Assembly (NCBI GenBank): GCA_028534125.1
Contig: CM052824.1
Coordinates: forward strand, 48,236,001 to 48,300,000
DNA from: Lama glama
Lineage: Eukaryota
Length of the DNA stretch: 64,000 nt
Direction of reading: 5' to 3'
Shown here: positions 23,664 to 35,530 of the stretch, piece by piece
Position numbering within the stretch: position 1 is the first letter of the stretch
Layout of the letters: each line of letters begins with the position of its first letter
The notes under the pieces: model-generated
Database searches by the model: none
What the model was told of the DNA's origin: nothing
Seen by the model: the letters and a program-made list of their open reading frames with translations, nothing else
Position numbers and translations under genes: made by a program

Positions 23664-26600
23664 GTAAGTCGGGCCGGGACCCGGCTGGGCTGGGCTGGGG
23701 CCGGGTGGGGCGGGGCGGGGCAGGCCCTGGGGGCAGCGGCCGGTGCCAGGCGGCGCGGGGCAGCAGGCGCGGGGGCGCCCGGCAGGTGTCTCTGCCGCGG
23801 GACGCGAGGTTCATTCGCCCTCTGCGCTGCCGCCGCCGCCACCACCACACGGGCTTCCCTCTGGACACCTCTCTGCCCGGGTCCTGCTCCCAGCCCCGAA
23901 GAGGCAGGGGTGGCGGCGGCGTCTTGGGGATCCCTAGAGCGCAAGGGGTGCGAGCGCGGGGCGGCGGCTGGGGTGGGTCGTCGGGCGTGGAGCACAGCCC
24001 GGACTGAGCTGACAGGTCGCCGAGGAAGCCCACTACCGGGAGGGACCTTGACTCCTAATAAATAGCAGGTTAGTCCCGAGAAGTCTAGGAGCTAGCTCCC
24101 CTCGCCGACCTGCCCCGCGCTGCACTGCGGGCTGGGCTGGAGGCGTGCAGGGACCTGTTTCTACTTAGGGGGCGGAATCCCGGATAGAAGGAGGGACGGA
24201 ACCGGGACCACCGGCCTCCAAGAGCCCGAGGCTGGCGCTGGCCGGCTGGGGCAGGAAGAAACTCCGTCCATACCTTAAAGAGGACAACAGCCCCCTACCT
24301 CCCTGTGTCTTGCCTAAGGAGGAAGGGGTGGTGACCGCTGGTGACCTGTCTGTGTTTCTCCTTGACTGGGCCTGGCTCAGGGGACTCCCTGCGAAGGGAC
24401 AGAAGGTTCACTGGGGCGGGTGGAGGGATTCTAAAGGGATGAGCTTTCATGAGTGGGGGAACAGAGAATCAAGAGGACGCTGGACACCTTCTTCATCCCC
24501 CTCAGTGACCATTCCCCTGGCCCCAGGCTTAACCCTGGTCCCAATTCCTTCTGCCCAGAGCTCTGCCCCCATCCGCTGTGGGCAGCCAGTGGGGAACCAA
24601 GCTCCAATATTGATCTGAAAAGCATGAGGTGGNNNNNNNNNNNNNNNNNNNNNNNNNNNNNNNNNNNNNNNNNNNNNNNNNNNNNNNNNNNNNNNNNNNN
24701 NNNNNNNNNNNNNNNNNNNNNNNNNNNNNNNNNNNNNNNNNNNNNNNNNNNNNNNNNNNNNNNNNNNNNNNNNNNNNNNNNNNNNNNNCCTGCAGGCTGG
24801 AAGGAGTGTGTTCGTTGGGGTCAGAGCCACCCAGGGCTTGGGGGACGGAGGTGATGTGGAATTCTCCCAGCTGTTCCGAGAGCGAGAGTGAGTGACTCCA
24901 AGGCAGCCCGAAGTGGCTGCAGAGCTTTTGTTTTTCTTGGAGACTTAATTTGATTAACACTTCAGGGGCAGTGGCAAAGTGTACAGAAACCGAGGCCCAC
25001 CGCCTCCTCCCACTACCCCGGGCAGGCCATCCCCTTGAGTGGGGCCTGGGTCACAGAGCCGAAGAGGGGAGCTGATTTGGACATTGGGGAGTCTGGGGTC
25101 CCTGGAGCTGAGTCTCGGAAGCATGGGTTCCGAGCATGGGGTCTCCAAAGTCAGCATGAGTGGCAGGAAGAGCAAGAACTGGGTCTGACCAGCCCAGGGC
25201 TGAGGGCTACGAAAAGGGAAAGGTGGCAATTCAAGGGTCTGACTCAGGCTTTCAGGGAAGAGAGAGACATCCATCAAGAGCATCTAGTGTCTTGGCTCGT
25301 TTTATAGATGAGGAAACTGAGGCCCCAGGAGGGGGAGCTACTTGCTTAAACTCAGAGATGAGAACTGAACCCAGGTGCCCTGACTCCCGGGCAGTGACAT
25401 ACCCCCCTCCCTGAAGCCATCTCAAAGTTAAGCCAGTGTGGTCCAGATAGTGTCACTACCCGTCCTCAGCCATGTCCAAGCCTGAAATCCCAGCTAGGGA
25501 GGCAGCCCCAGCTTTGGGTCACGCAAACCATGGGGAATTCCAACACAGCTCAGTTCTCATGCTTGCGCCGTAGGGGGTGAGGTGAGGAGGGGAGGCCGAG
25601 AGGGAGAAGAGAGGTTGGCAAACCTGTTCTCTGCAGCAGTGATGGTTCAGGTTGCCATGAAGCAGGTCTCTGGATGACCCAGCTCACTCCTGCTGCACCC
25701 CGGGCTTTGAGCCAAGGGTCTCTCTGTTCAGCCCAAGGCAGGAGGAACAAGAGGCTTCCCAGGACCCTACCGAACCAGAGAGGCTGTGATGGAGAAGGGA
25801 GCTCTGGACACATTCCAATACTGGGTCCAACCCCAGGCCAGGGACTGTGCCAGCTCTGGGGGAAATAGATGTCACAGCCTGGCCCCCAAGGAGCTTGCAG
25901 GAAGACAAGATAAGAGCAAAACCACGAATGGGTGAGACAGTGTGCATGCTGTTGCTCTGAGAGGGATGAGCTGAATGAGCTGGAGCAGTTATGGAGGGGG
26001 CTTGTCCTGGAGATCGTAGAATCTGGACCACAATAATTAGAATAGCTCCCCCCGTGCTGTCTAAATACTGACGACATCTGAATCCCAATTTACAGATGAG
26101 AAAGTTGGGGGATCACAGAGGTAATTGCCCCAAGTCACCTAGCCTGTAAATGGCAGAGGCATCTGACCCAAAAGCTGCCTCTAGAAGGAAAAGCTTCTGG
26201 CGGGCAGATGTCCCTCCAGGCACGGTGGCTGGCACTGTGTCTTTTCAAGTGTAGGCCACGCTGGAGGTCTGGCCCCAAGAGGACGGCTGGCAGTGCTCTC
26301 AGAGGAGCGAGGCCTGAGTGTCCACTCCCCTTCCAGTACCTGGAGTCAGGATTCCATCCAGGGTCAGTTGGCTAGCCGGTTGCAAGAGCCAGTGCTGTCC
26401 GTTGTCTCAGAAGGGCGGGTGGCCTGGCGGGGAGGCCAGGTGTCCCGCTGCGTGCAGCTGTTGGGCAGGATGGAGCTTGGAGCTGGGAGGGCTCTGCCGC
26501 CTGAGGCCTGGGCAAGCCCAGAGAAGCTGGAAGCTGTTGATTAGACTTGTGTCTGGCACCAGGAGCGAGTTGACAGCTTGTGGCAACTCCCACCACAGAG

Positions 26601-27844
26601 GGAGGGATGAATGGATGAAAACAGTCCATCAGTGGAAGACCTGGACTCTGCCACAGACCTGGGCTCTGTCTCTGAATGTTCCCCCTGGCACTGGGGCTAG
26701 GCTGGAAGTCGGGACACCAGGGTTCCAATCCCAGCTTGGCCCCCAGTGCTCAGCGACCTTGGATGGGCCTCTGTTCCCCTCTGGGCTACAATCCTCAGCA
26801 GGTGGTTCTGAACCCCAAGTGCAAGTACTGGAAGAGTTAGAGAACAGATAAACTAAGGTTTCATCATTGTGGACACTGAAGACAGGCAGTAATGCATGCA
26901 GCTGGGGCCCCAACAGAGGCCTGTTAGGACAGGGCAGGGAGCCTGTGCTGCACTCAAAGGTGGTCCAGCAGAGTGGCTAGGAACTGTGTCTCCAGGACAG
27001 ACAGTACGCAGTTCCACCCCAGGTCTGCCCCTGACCAGAAGAGTGGCCTTGGACAGGTTACTCAGCCTCTCTGAGGCTCAGTCCTCATCTGTTAAATGGT
27101 ACCCATCCTTGGGGGTGATGAGGGCAGAGTGAGCCTGTGCTCGTAGCATGCTGAGCACAGTGCCCGCCACAGCCATGGAAACAGCAGCATGGCCACTGCG
27201 GGAAGCTGAGGGTGGCTGTCACTGCACTGGAGAAGACGTGCCTCTGGTTACAGAGGTGTTGGAGAGAACGGGCCTTCGGGCTGCTGCTCCCAAGCCTTGT
27301 TTACCCAAAACTGTTCTGTCCAGATCCTGTGATCTTACACAAGTCACACAGATAGGCTCCTAGGCTGCTACTTACCTGCTCTTCAACCAGGGCCCCTGGA
27401 AGTGCCTCACAAAGGCAGAGAGGCCAGCCTGGCTCCCGGGCAGATCCTGCCGGCCCGAGGAGCAGTTTCTGGAGCCCCTTCCATGCCACTGCGGGAGGCA
27501 TCTCAGTCCGCACTGGATCTGACTCCCGGCAGGTATGCATCTCCGTCTCCTGGCCAAGCTCCTGTGTGCCTGCTTACCTGGCAGGGGTGTGTAACTCCCT
27601 GGGCACAATTTGCTGGGCCAGGTGTGGGCAGAGCCAGCCTAGATGTGCAGTGCCAACCCCATAGGTAAAGGTGTGGTCTGTCTCCCCCAGGAAGGGTCCC
27701 CCTCATCTCCAGCTAAAATAAAAAAAAAAAACCCTCCCTTCTAAATAGAAAAAAACCATCCACCTGGAGCACCTCCCATGGCTGTGGGCATTGAGTCACA
27801 ATCACTAACACACCCACGGCCCTTTACAGTTCACATGTTCACAT

Positions 27845-28028
27845 CAGTATTTCTCAGATCCTACCATTGACATTTGAGACCTGTCCTGAGCATCGTAGGA
27901 TGTTTGGCAGCATTCCTGGCCTCTACCCACTACATGCCACTTATGCCTCAACCAGGTGGCCACCAAAAATGTCTCTAGACATTGCCAAATGTCCCCTGGA
28001 GGGCAAAATTTCCCGACTGAGCATCAGT
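27845..28028. mobile_element. MER20-like hAT element
   Basis: aggatgtttggcagcattcctggcctctacccacta...aaaaatgtctctagacattgccaaatgtcccctgga. Confidence 0.8.
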
Positions 28029-31000
28029 GTCTTAAAAAGCATCTGTTAGAACCTATGAGAACCACATAAACTGTCCCCCTCCCCCTTCACAGGAGGGAGT
28101 CTGCATTCATTTCAGCCCCACTTCAGAGGCCCAGAGGTGCAGTGACTTCCCCAAGGGCATCCTGCACATCAGAAGCAGGACTTGAACTTGACTTGCTCTC
28201 ATGTGTCCAGATCTCATGGTTTTCATTCCCACCTATAGAACTATTTTGAGAATATCTAACTGTAGTCTAAGAGTATGGCTTCTTACCTCTTCTACAAGGT
28301 TATAAACCTCTGGAGGCCGAGGCTGTGACATAAACAGCAGCCTCAGTGCCTGGCACATGTCTGGCGCGTAGTAGGTGCTTAGTCAACATTTGGTGAACAA
28401 AGGAAGGAAGGGCCTGTTCACTCCAGAGGGTTTTAAGTTGCTGTCATATCATGGCCCACCTTCAAAGACCTCAAGTAGGAGGGAGGCTCTGCTCTACTGC
28501 CCCGTGTCTCAGGTGATGCTAAGATGTGCCAAAGTGAGTATCAGGAAGTGTGGCTGTCACCTGGCAGCTCCCGGCCAGAGCACCCCCCAGAGCCAGGCTA
28601 AGTGCTTTCTCCCCTCACCCTCCTCGCAGGGCCCCGGGACCAGGCTCTGCCCGAGGGGTTTGCTCAGGCAGCAGTCACGACCCAGCTGTCTGCTATGGCT
28701 TGACTTTCTTCCCTCAACCCTGGATTAGCAATTGAGCAACTCAGCAAGCATCTGACAAGACAGTGCTCCCCAAACCTGTTGAAACTCGCCCAACTCGGGC
28801 CCTGTGGGTGCATTTGGAAAGCTGAGCATTTGCACGAAGCTTCCTCCTCTTGTTCCTCCCTCTGGGAAGAAGGGCTTGGCCTGAGCCAGCCGGGCACCAA
28901 GTTGGCCAGGGAGCCACTGACAGGGGTGACAGCTGCCCGCCATTGCCTCCCCAGTTACCCCCACTCCAAACGAGCCTGCAAGAGCCACTCAGTAAACTCA
29001 GCTGGGAGGCGAAGCTGCGACCCCATGGTTGCTGTCCAGATTTCCGCAGGAGCTGCCAGGTTTTATCTCTGAGTCCTGAACTGCATCTTCTGTGATTCAG
29101 CCAAACCAGGGAGAAGGCTCGCTCCCTGCCGTGACCCTTCCCAGCTCCTCCTTCCCCACTCCAAACCCCTCTCCACCTCCCCCATCTCCTGGCAAACTTG
29201 AAATCAAACTCTGTTTTCAAAGTTCCCTGGCCAAGTCAGAACCCCCGCAGTGGAGGGGACCTGGTCTGAGAAGAGAGGCGGGGAGAGGTGGGTAGATGGA
29301 GAGAAGGATGTGTCCGGGGAGGGAAGGAACTTCCCGACAGCTCGCAGCTCACGAAGGAACTTTGGAGAGGCCCATTCGAAGCAGCATGAAATTGCTGATG
29401 AGACTAGAGGGGCCTCTTTCCTTCTGTGACTCCTTCCAGACCCGGTTTCTCACCCTGTTCACACACAAGTCATATCATCACAGGATTGGGTCTCAGGAAC
29501 TCTTTCCCAAGCAGAGTGTTCCTCTTGAGGCAGGAATGTCCATCTGCCCCAGTACCCCAGGCAAAGAGGACCGAATCACAGCCATCAGAGTCAGAGGGGT
29601 TCTCAGAGATGATGAGTTCACCCCCGTTCCGGGACACTGAACCTCCAAGCAGGAGAGTGAGTGCCTGGTAAGCCTCATTTAATCTTGTGAAGCACTCACT
29701 TGTCAAGACCATCAGGCACTGTGCTAGGCATTTGGGGTCACAGAGCATATTAGTGGTAGAGCTGGATCTCCACCCCAGGTCTCCCGACTGTCTTCCCAGA
29801 ACTTTCCCTGCAGCAGATGAAAGCAGGCCTGCAGCCCATCCCCCTAGCCAGGCATCTCTGCTGGAGGTGATGAGAGACAAGGGAGGAACCAAGGTTTTCC
29901 CATCTGCCCTACCCTGTTGTGGGGGAGTGAGGCGGGGGAGGCGCTCAGCCACAGGCTCTCCCAGGATCAGGCCTTTAGAAGGGGTGCACCAAGGCCAGGG
30001 AACCCACTAGAAACCTGGAACCACCAGAGCCTGAACCTTACTCCAAGGGCAAGAAAGGCACTCTGGGGACAAGGGTTGGATGGGTCTTTGCAGGGGAGAA
30101 GCTCTCTACTGGAAAACAAGGAGGCGAGGCAAGGTCAGTAAGTGCCTTAAATTCGACACCTACTCGCCTCCACCCCACACGTGCCCCAGAGAGAGAAGAA
30201 AAATCCTCACCCCTGGCCCAGCTCTGAAACCATCCAGGTTCAGGTCTGAGTGGCTACTTTCTGGCCCTGAGCCAGCCACTAGCTCCCCTGGGAACAAATA
30301 CAATGAGATGGAACATAGGGGTTCCCTAGTAGGAAATGGAGGACAATGAGGAACTGTAGGGAGCTGGGGCACCAGGGTGCTGAAAATAATGGAAACTGGG
30401 ACGCTGAGAGACAGAAAATGGGGGTTCTAGCTTCTAAGAATGGAGAGAAGGAGCTGGGGATCCCAGGAAACAGGCAGAGGAGGAATCACACCCTGAGGTA
30501 CAGGGGTGGGGCCTTGGGCTCCGAGGAGGCCATCATTTCCCCTGACTGAGGAAGGGCACTGGGGGCAAAGAGAACTTGACCTGGGCATTGAGAACTGTGG
30601 AGTTACACCACATCTGGAAAGAAGGTGGCAGGCAGGCAGGCAGCACCCTGAACCCCACACCCACTGTGAGTGTCTCCAAGGCCAGCCCCTCCGCGCTGGC
30701 TGCCCCTCCAAGGGGGTTCAGGCTGATGGCAGCAACTCCTTCCATGGCCCAAGAAACTGCAGGGATGCCAGGCCCAGACACTGTCCAGGCAGTAACATAA
30801 CCACTGAGATGGCTCCCTCCTTGGCATCCCTCACTCCTGAACGCAACCCTGAGAGATGCCTTCACTATAGTCCAGAAAAGACACAGGGCTCTAGAAAGAC
30901 TCATCAGTGAAAGAATGAGACCACCTTCCTCAGATCATTGCCCACAGATGCCAAATCATCATGCCCTCGGTACCCTGGGCCATCTCTGCAGTCTGATGAG

Positions 31001-34000
31001 CCAGCCCAGGCTTCGGAACCAGAATGACCTGTTTTCAAATCCTGACCACTCCTGGCTGCATGGCCTTGAACACATGCCCCTCTGAGCCTCAGTTTCCTCA
31101 TCTGTAAAAGGAAGGGATTGATATCCACCTGGACAACCCTACATGGTTTCAATAAGGATATAGTAAAGCAAGTGACAATTCTTTAAAAAGCACAAGTGAC
31201 AACAGATGTAAAGTCTCTCTCTTCCAGTCATCTAGTCCCCCGAGTGGTTTCCAAGTCTTTTGGGCACACCAGAACTTGTCCTGGACCCCTGCTGTCCTCA
31301 CGCCAGCATCCCAGCTCCTAATCTAACAGCACCATCCCCACTTCATCCCATCTCTTATACTCCTGGTCTTTGGAGGATCCATGTGATGAGCCAGAATCAC
31401 TGGAAACATGTTCTGTAACTCTGCATACTCCATCAGGAGATTCTGACAGAAATCTACAGCTGGGATCGAGGCTGGTATGATCTGCTGTTCCCAATGGACG
31501 TGTGTCCTCCCATCAGGGGTGCTCAGCTGAAAAAAAAAAGGCTGGGAACCTGGATCAAAGCGAGCTGATAGAGCCAAGCCAAAGAAGACAAATGAGAAGA
31601 ACCAGTCTGTGGTCCAGAAGAAGGTCCAGCTCGAGGGACTCTGAAGAGGCTTTGAGATGACAGTGATGATGACGATGAACATCTTAATGATAATGATGTA
31701 ATGATGTCGCCAACAGAGAAGGAGTGCCTGCTATTGAATATTTAATTCATTTAAGCCTCCTGAGATCAGAACTATTCTGCTCCCCATTCTGGAGGTGAAG
31801 ACACTGAGGCCCAAAAATGTTCCCTCACTGGCCTCAGGTAACATAGAGATGGGATTCTGACCCATCCGTCCATCTCTCTTGCACAGTGCACCACACTGCC
31901 TGCCATGCAAAGGGATAAGCCTCCAGGACAGGGACACTGTCAGGGGAAGGATGGCAGAAAACTAAGACAGCGGATACAGAAACCTTCAAAGGTCTGAAAA
32001 CAATTGGAGGTGTGAAAGCATCTTGGGGAACCAGGTCCTCCCCACCCGCCATGAGAACACGGTCCTGGATGGGGTCTGTGTCCCTCTAGCCTTCACCCGG
32101 CTGCGTCTCCCAAGGCGGCTCTGTTCAGCAAGCACCCGTTTCCTTCCGGAAGGCTCCTCCTCCCGCCCGCTTGGCCTCCTTCCTCTCTGGTGTCACAGGC
32201 ACGACTGCTCCTGAAGGCTCTAAATGTGGCCCGGGCAGGCCGGGAGGCCAGAGGGAGGGGGCAGAGAGGCCTGGGCTGGCGTCCCAGCCCCCACCTGGAC
32301 ACTCGTGGGGCCAGGACCCACGACACTGATCTGCCTGGCCTCCCAAACGCTCCAGCTATTTCCCGTCCCCTGTCCTCTTGACGCCCAGAGCAAGAGCCGG
32401 GCAGGAGTCAGAGAGGTGCGGATTTNNNNNNNNNNNNNNNNNNNNNNNNNNNNNNNNNNNNNNNNNNNNNNNNNNNNNNNNNNNNNNNNNNNNNNNNNNN
32501 NNNNNNNNNNNNNNNNNNNNNNNNNNNNNNNNNNNNNNNNNNNNNNNNNNNNNNNNNNNNNNNNNAGCCTTGCAGGCTGCAGGCACGGGCCGGGCGCGGG
32601 GAGGGCCTCCTGGGAGGAGCCTGAAGGACCGGAGCCCCCGTTGGAGAAGATTGGGCATGAGCTGGCTGGCAGCGGTCGTGGGGCGGCCTGGGCTGGGGGG
32701 TAACCCGATCGATGGCACGGCTGTGGCTGGAGCCCTGGGTGGCCAGGGCAGCAGGTAGCAAATTGCTAAGCTTGTGCTCAGCAGTGGCAGGAAGAAGCCT
32801 AAACTGGGGCGACAACCAGAACGAGAGAAGAAGCAGGGATGGCCAAGGCCCTCCACCGGCTGGCCCAGCCCAGTGGCAGCCAGCGCCAATCATGCCCAGG
32901 CTCTGTCTCCCCCAGGAACGGCTTGTGCGGCTGACATTTGAGCCCCACCCTACTCCAGGTTAGCAAGTGGCAAGCGTGTCTCTAGGGGAAAGGTTGAGCC
33001 ACCTTAAGGTGTGGGGAGGGGACTCCTAAGGCCCCAGGGACCAACTGCGCCTGCCCCTAAGGGTCTCCAAGTCCTCAGCAGACTGAAAAGCAAAGGAGCC
33101 CCTCTTTCCTCCCTCACCCCCGAGCGCTCTACCAGGAGGGGAGCAGAGGGGACCTAGTCAGGACAGAGCCTCCACTCATACTGCAAGCATTTATTGAACA
33201 CCTTCTACCCGCCACGCCCTGGGCTAGGCATCAAGGAGGCCACAGACCTGACGTGACATTGAGGGTGGCGTCAGCCCCCCATGGCTGTCAAACAAAGCAG
33301 AGCCACAACCAGGGTACAGGGGAAAGAGAGTTCCCAGTTCGAGCTGGGTTTGCATTCCAGCTTTGCCACTCACTAGCTGTGTGACTTTGGGCAAATCACT
33401 CCACTTCTCTGGTCCTAAGTTTGCTCATCTGTAAAATGAGGCCAGGCACCCTAACTGGATGCCAGACAAATAAGCAGCATGGACAAGGGCCTGTGATGCC
33501 TGGGGTACAAACTGTCCCCACCCCATTCTCAGCTCCACTTCCGACTCTGACACCCAGTCCTTCCCAAGCAAGACTCTGGGATTGGAGAGAGCCAGGCGGG
33601 GGGGTGGGGCTGTACCTCCTGTGGCATGGAAGGGGACAACTGTGGGGCCAGAAGAAGGCAGGGGCTGGGGGTGGTGGGCACTGGTGCCAGCCTTGGGGAC
33701 AGGGACACTCCTCAGCGGAAGAGGTCCCTCAGCTTCTTCCTGGAAGCTGTCCCAGTGACTCACAGCCATGGCAGGCCAGCAGCTCACCCCTAAATCCTAC
33801 TACTGTTATCTCAGCCTGTGTCCCCTCGTTGAGTCCTGAGCCTGGCAGAGGGGATGAGTAGTTCCTCCGGTCCGTCTCCCTCCTCATTCAGTGGCAGGGG
33901 CTCAGTCTACCAGCCTGGCATGGGGCCAGGAGGTCTTTGAGGCTTGGACCCACCCCCTGCCCCCACCATTCCAGCGAACTCTGACATAGACCCATTCGTT

Positions 34001-34365
34001 TACGGTACCGTGAGGAGATGGGCTCTGAGTGGGGTGGGGACTTGCCTAAGGTCACAAAGTGGGTTGGTGGCTCAGCCAGGCCTCCCCAGCCTGCTTCCCC
34101 TGCCCAGAGAACCCCTGCCTTGCACACAGAAGCCAGGGCCCAGCACAGCCCAACCTGGCCCCTTGGCCGGACGCAAGAGCAGAGGCTGAGATGGGGACAG
34201 GCCAGCTCTATGCCCCCATGTCACAGAGGGAATAGGGCCCCCCTTCTTCTAGAGTCCAACCCTAGCATCTGAGCAGGAAAGGATCCAGCTTTAGGCCCAA
34301 CTCCTTGTCCCCTCACCTGTGGCCTCCCAAACGTGGACCTGGCCCACGGCCAGTAGCCAGGCTCT

Positions 34366-34384
34366 TGGCGCCCCCTGCAGGCCA
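34366..34384 (-). promoter_or_regulatory. CTCF-binding motif in intron 1
   Basis: Minus strand TGGCCTGCAGGGGGCGCCA closely matches the CTCF core consensus. Confidence 0.6.
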
Positions 34385-34949
34385 AGAGCACCAGGTGGGA
34401 CTAGCTCCACCAGGGACCCCTTCCCTCAGCTGGCAGAGGCAGAGGGAGCAGCCAGGCAGGGCTGAGGTGCCAAATCAGCCCCCTCCCCTTACAGACGCAC
34501 CCTCCTCCTGACCCTCAGCCACCCTTGTCTCCTGTCTGAGAAAGTCAGGCTTTTGCCTGCGCCTCAGGACACTGCTAGTCTGCATCCTCTGGGCAGGACC
34601 TGGTAGAGAAGACTGGGAGAGTCCCAGCAGGCAAGGCACGTGGGGAAAGTGAAGGCAGCTTAGACAGCCTCAGCCCGAGACCACCCACCTCCACCAGCCC
34701 ATGCTGCCAGGGAAGGGAGAGACCATCACAGTTACGGCGCACCCATGATGTGCCGGGGTGAAATCCAGATGCAGTAGCCACGTCTAATCACGTTAACTTC
34801 TCACAGCCGCCTGCAGAAGAGGAACCACGACCTCCATTTCCAGATAAAAAGAGCCAGACTCAGGCCACACAGCCAGGGGGCTGGTGCAGCAGTGAGGAAG
34901 AGAGCGGATCCCAGAATCAGATTCCCTTGGGCTTAAAAGGAAACCTCAC

Positions 34950-35140
34950 CAGTGGTTCCCCAAGGGCTTCCCATAAAGTGTCCTCCAGGCTAGTGCCAGC
35001 CTGGCTTCACAGCTGCTGCTGGGAACCTGTTAAAAACCCAGATGCCCAGCAGGCCCTGCCTGGAGTGGGGCCCAGACACCTGTGCTTTCAACAAACCCCA
35101 CGAATGTGTCGATGCACAGCCAGATTTGAGAACCATCGCT
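34950..35140. mobile_element. MER5A-like element
   Basis: cagtggttcccc...ggagtggggcccag...tttgagaacca. Confidence 0.7.
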
Positions 35141-35329
35141 CTGGTCCAGCCCAGGTGCCTGACATATAGAATCCAGCTGCTGATTGTGCACCCGTGGGGC
35201 TGGAGAGCTCGGCAGCCTGCAGGCAGCCCACCAACTGCACCTTGGGTTGAACGAGCCCAGCTCCCAGCAGCCTCTGCCCACTGGTGTCCTTCATCTCCTT
35301 GAGCTACATAAAAGAATATTGTCTCTACC

Positions 35330-35530
35330 AAAGGCTTTGAAGCCAGACAAAACCAGGTTCGAGTCCTGGCTCTGCCTCTTACTAGCTCTGTGGCCTTGCA
35401 CCCAAGGCAAAGTGCGTAACCTGTCTGTGCCTCAGTTTCCTCCTCTACAAAATGGGGGTTCTTTGGCTTGCTGTGAGGATTAAATGTAATAATGTAAGTA
35501 AAGTATTTAGGCTTTGCTGATGAAGGGCCA
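35330..35530 (+). mobile_element. MIR SINE
   Basis: ggttcgagtcctggctctgcc...ctgtgcctcagtttcctcctctacaaaatggg...gtgaggattaaatg. Confidence 0.8.

Larger units (their letters stand above)
22680..24250. promoter_or_regulatory. WNT4: CpG island / WNT4 promoter and 5' UTR
   Basis: Very GC- and CpG-dense sequence around exon 1; tandem GC boxes (GGGGCGGGGCGGGG 23707-23720); EGR1/WT1-type GCGGGGGCG at 23769-23777. The TSS is probably in or near the gap 23222-23438. Confidence 0.92.

Noticed and set aside
22630-24065. Long overlapping ORFs on both strands (up to 305 aa)
   Set aside because: Stop-poor CpG island sequence inflated by N runs; the translations are low-complexity Arg/Pro/Gly/Ala.
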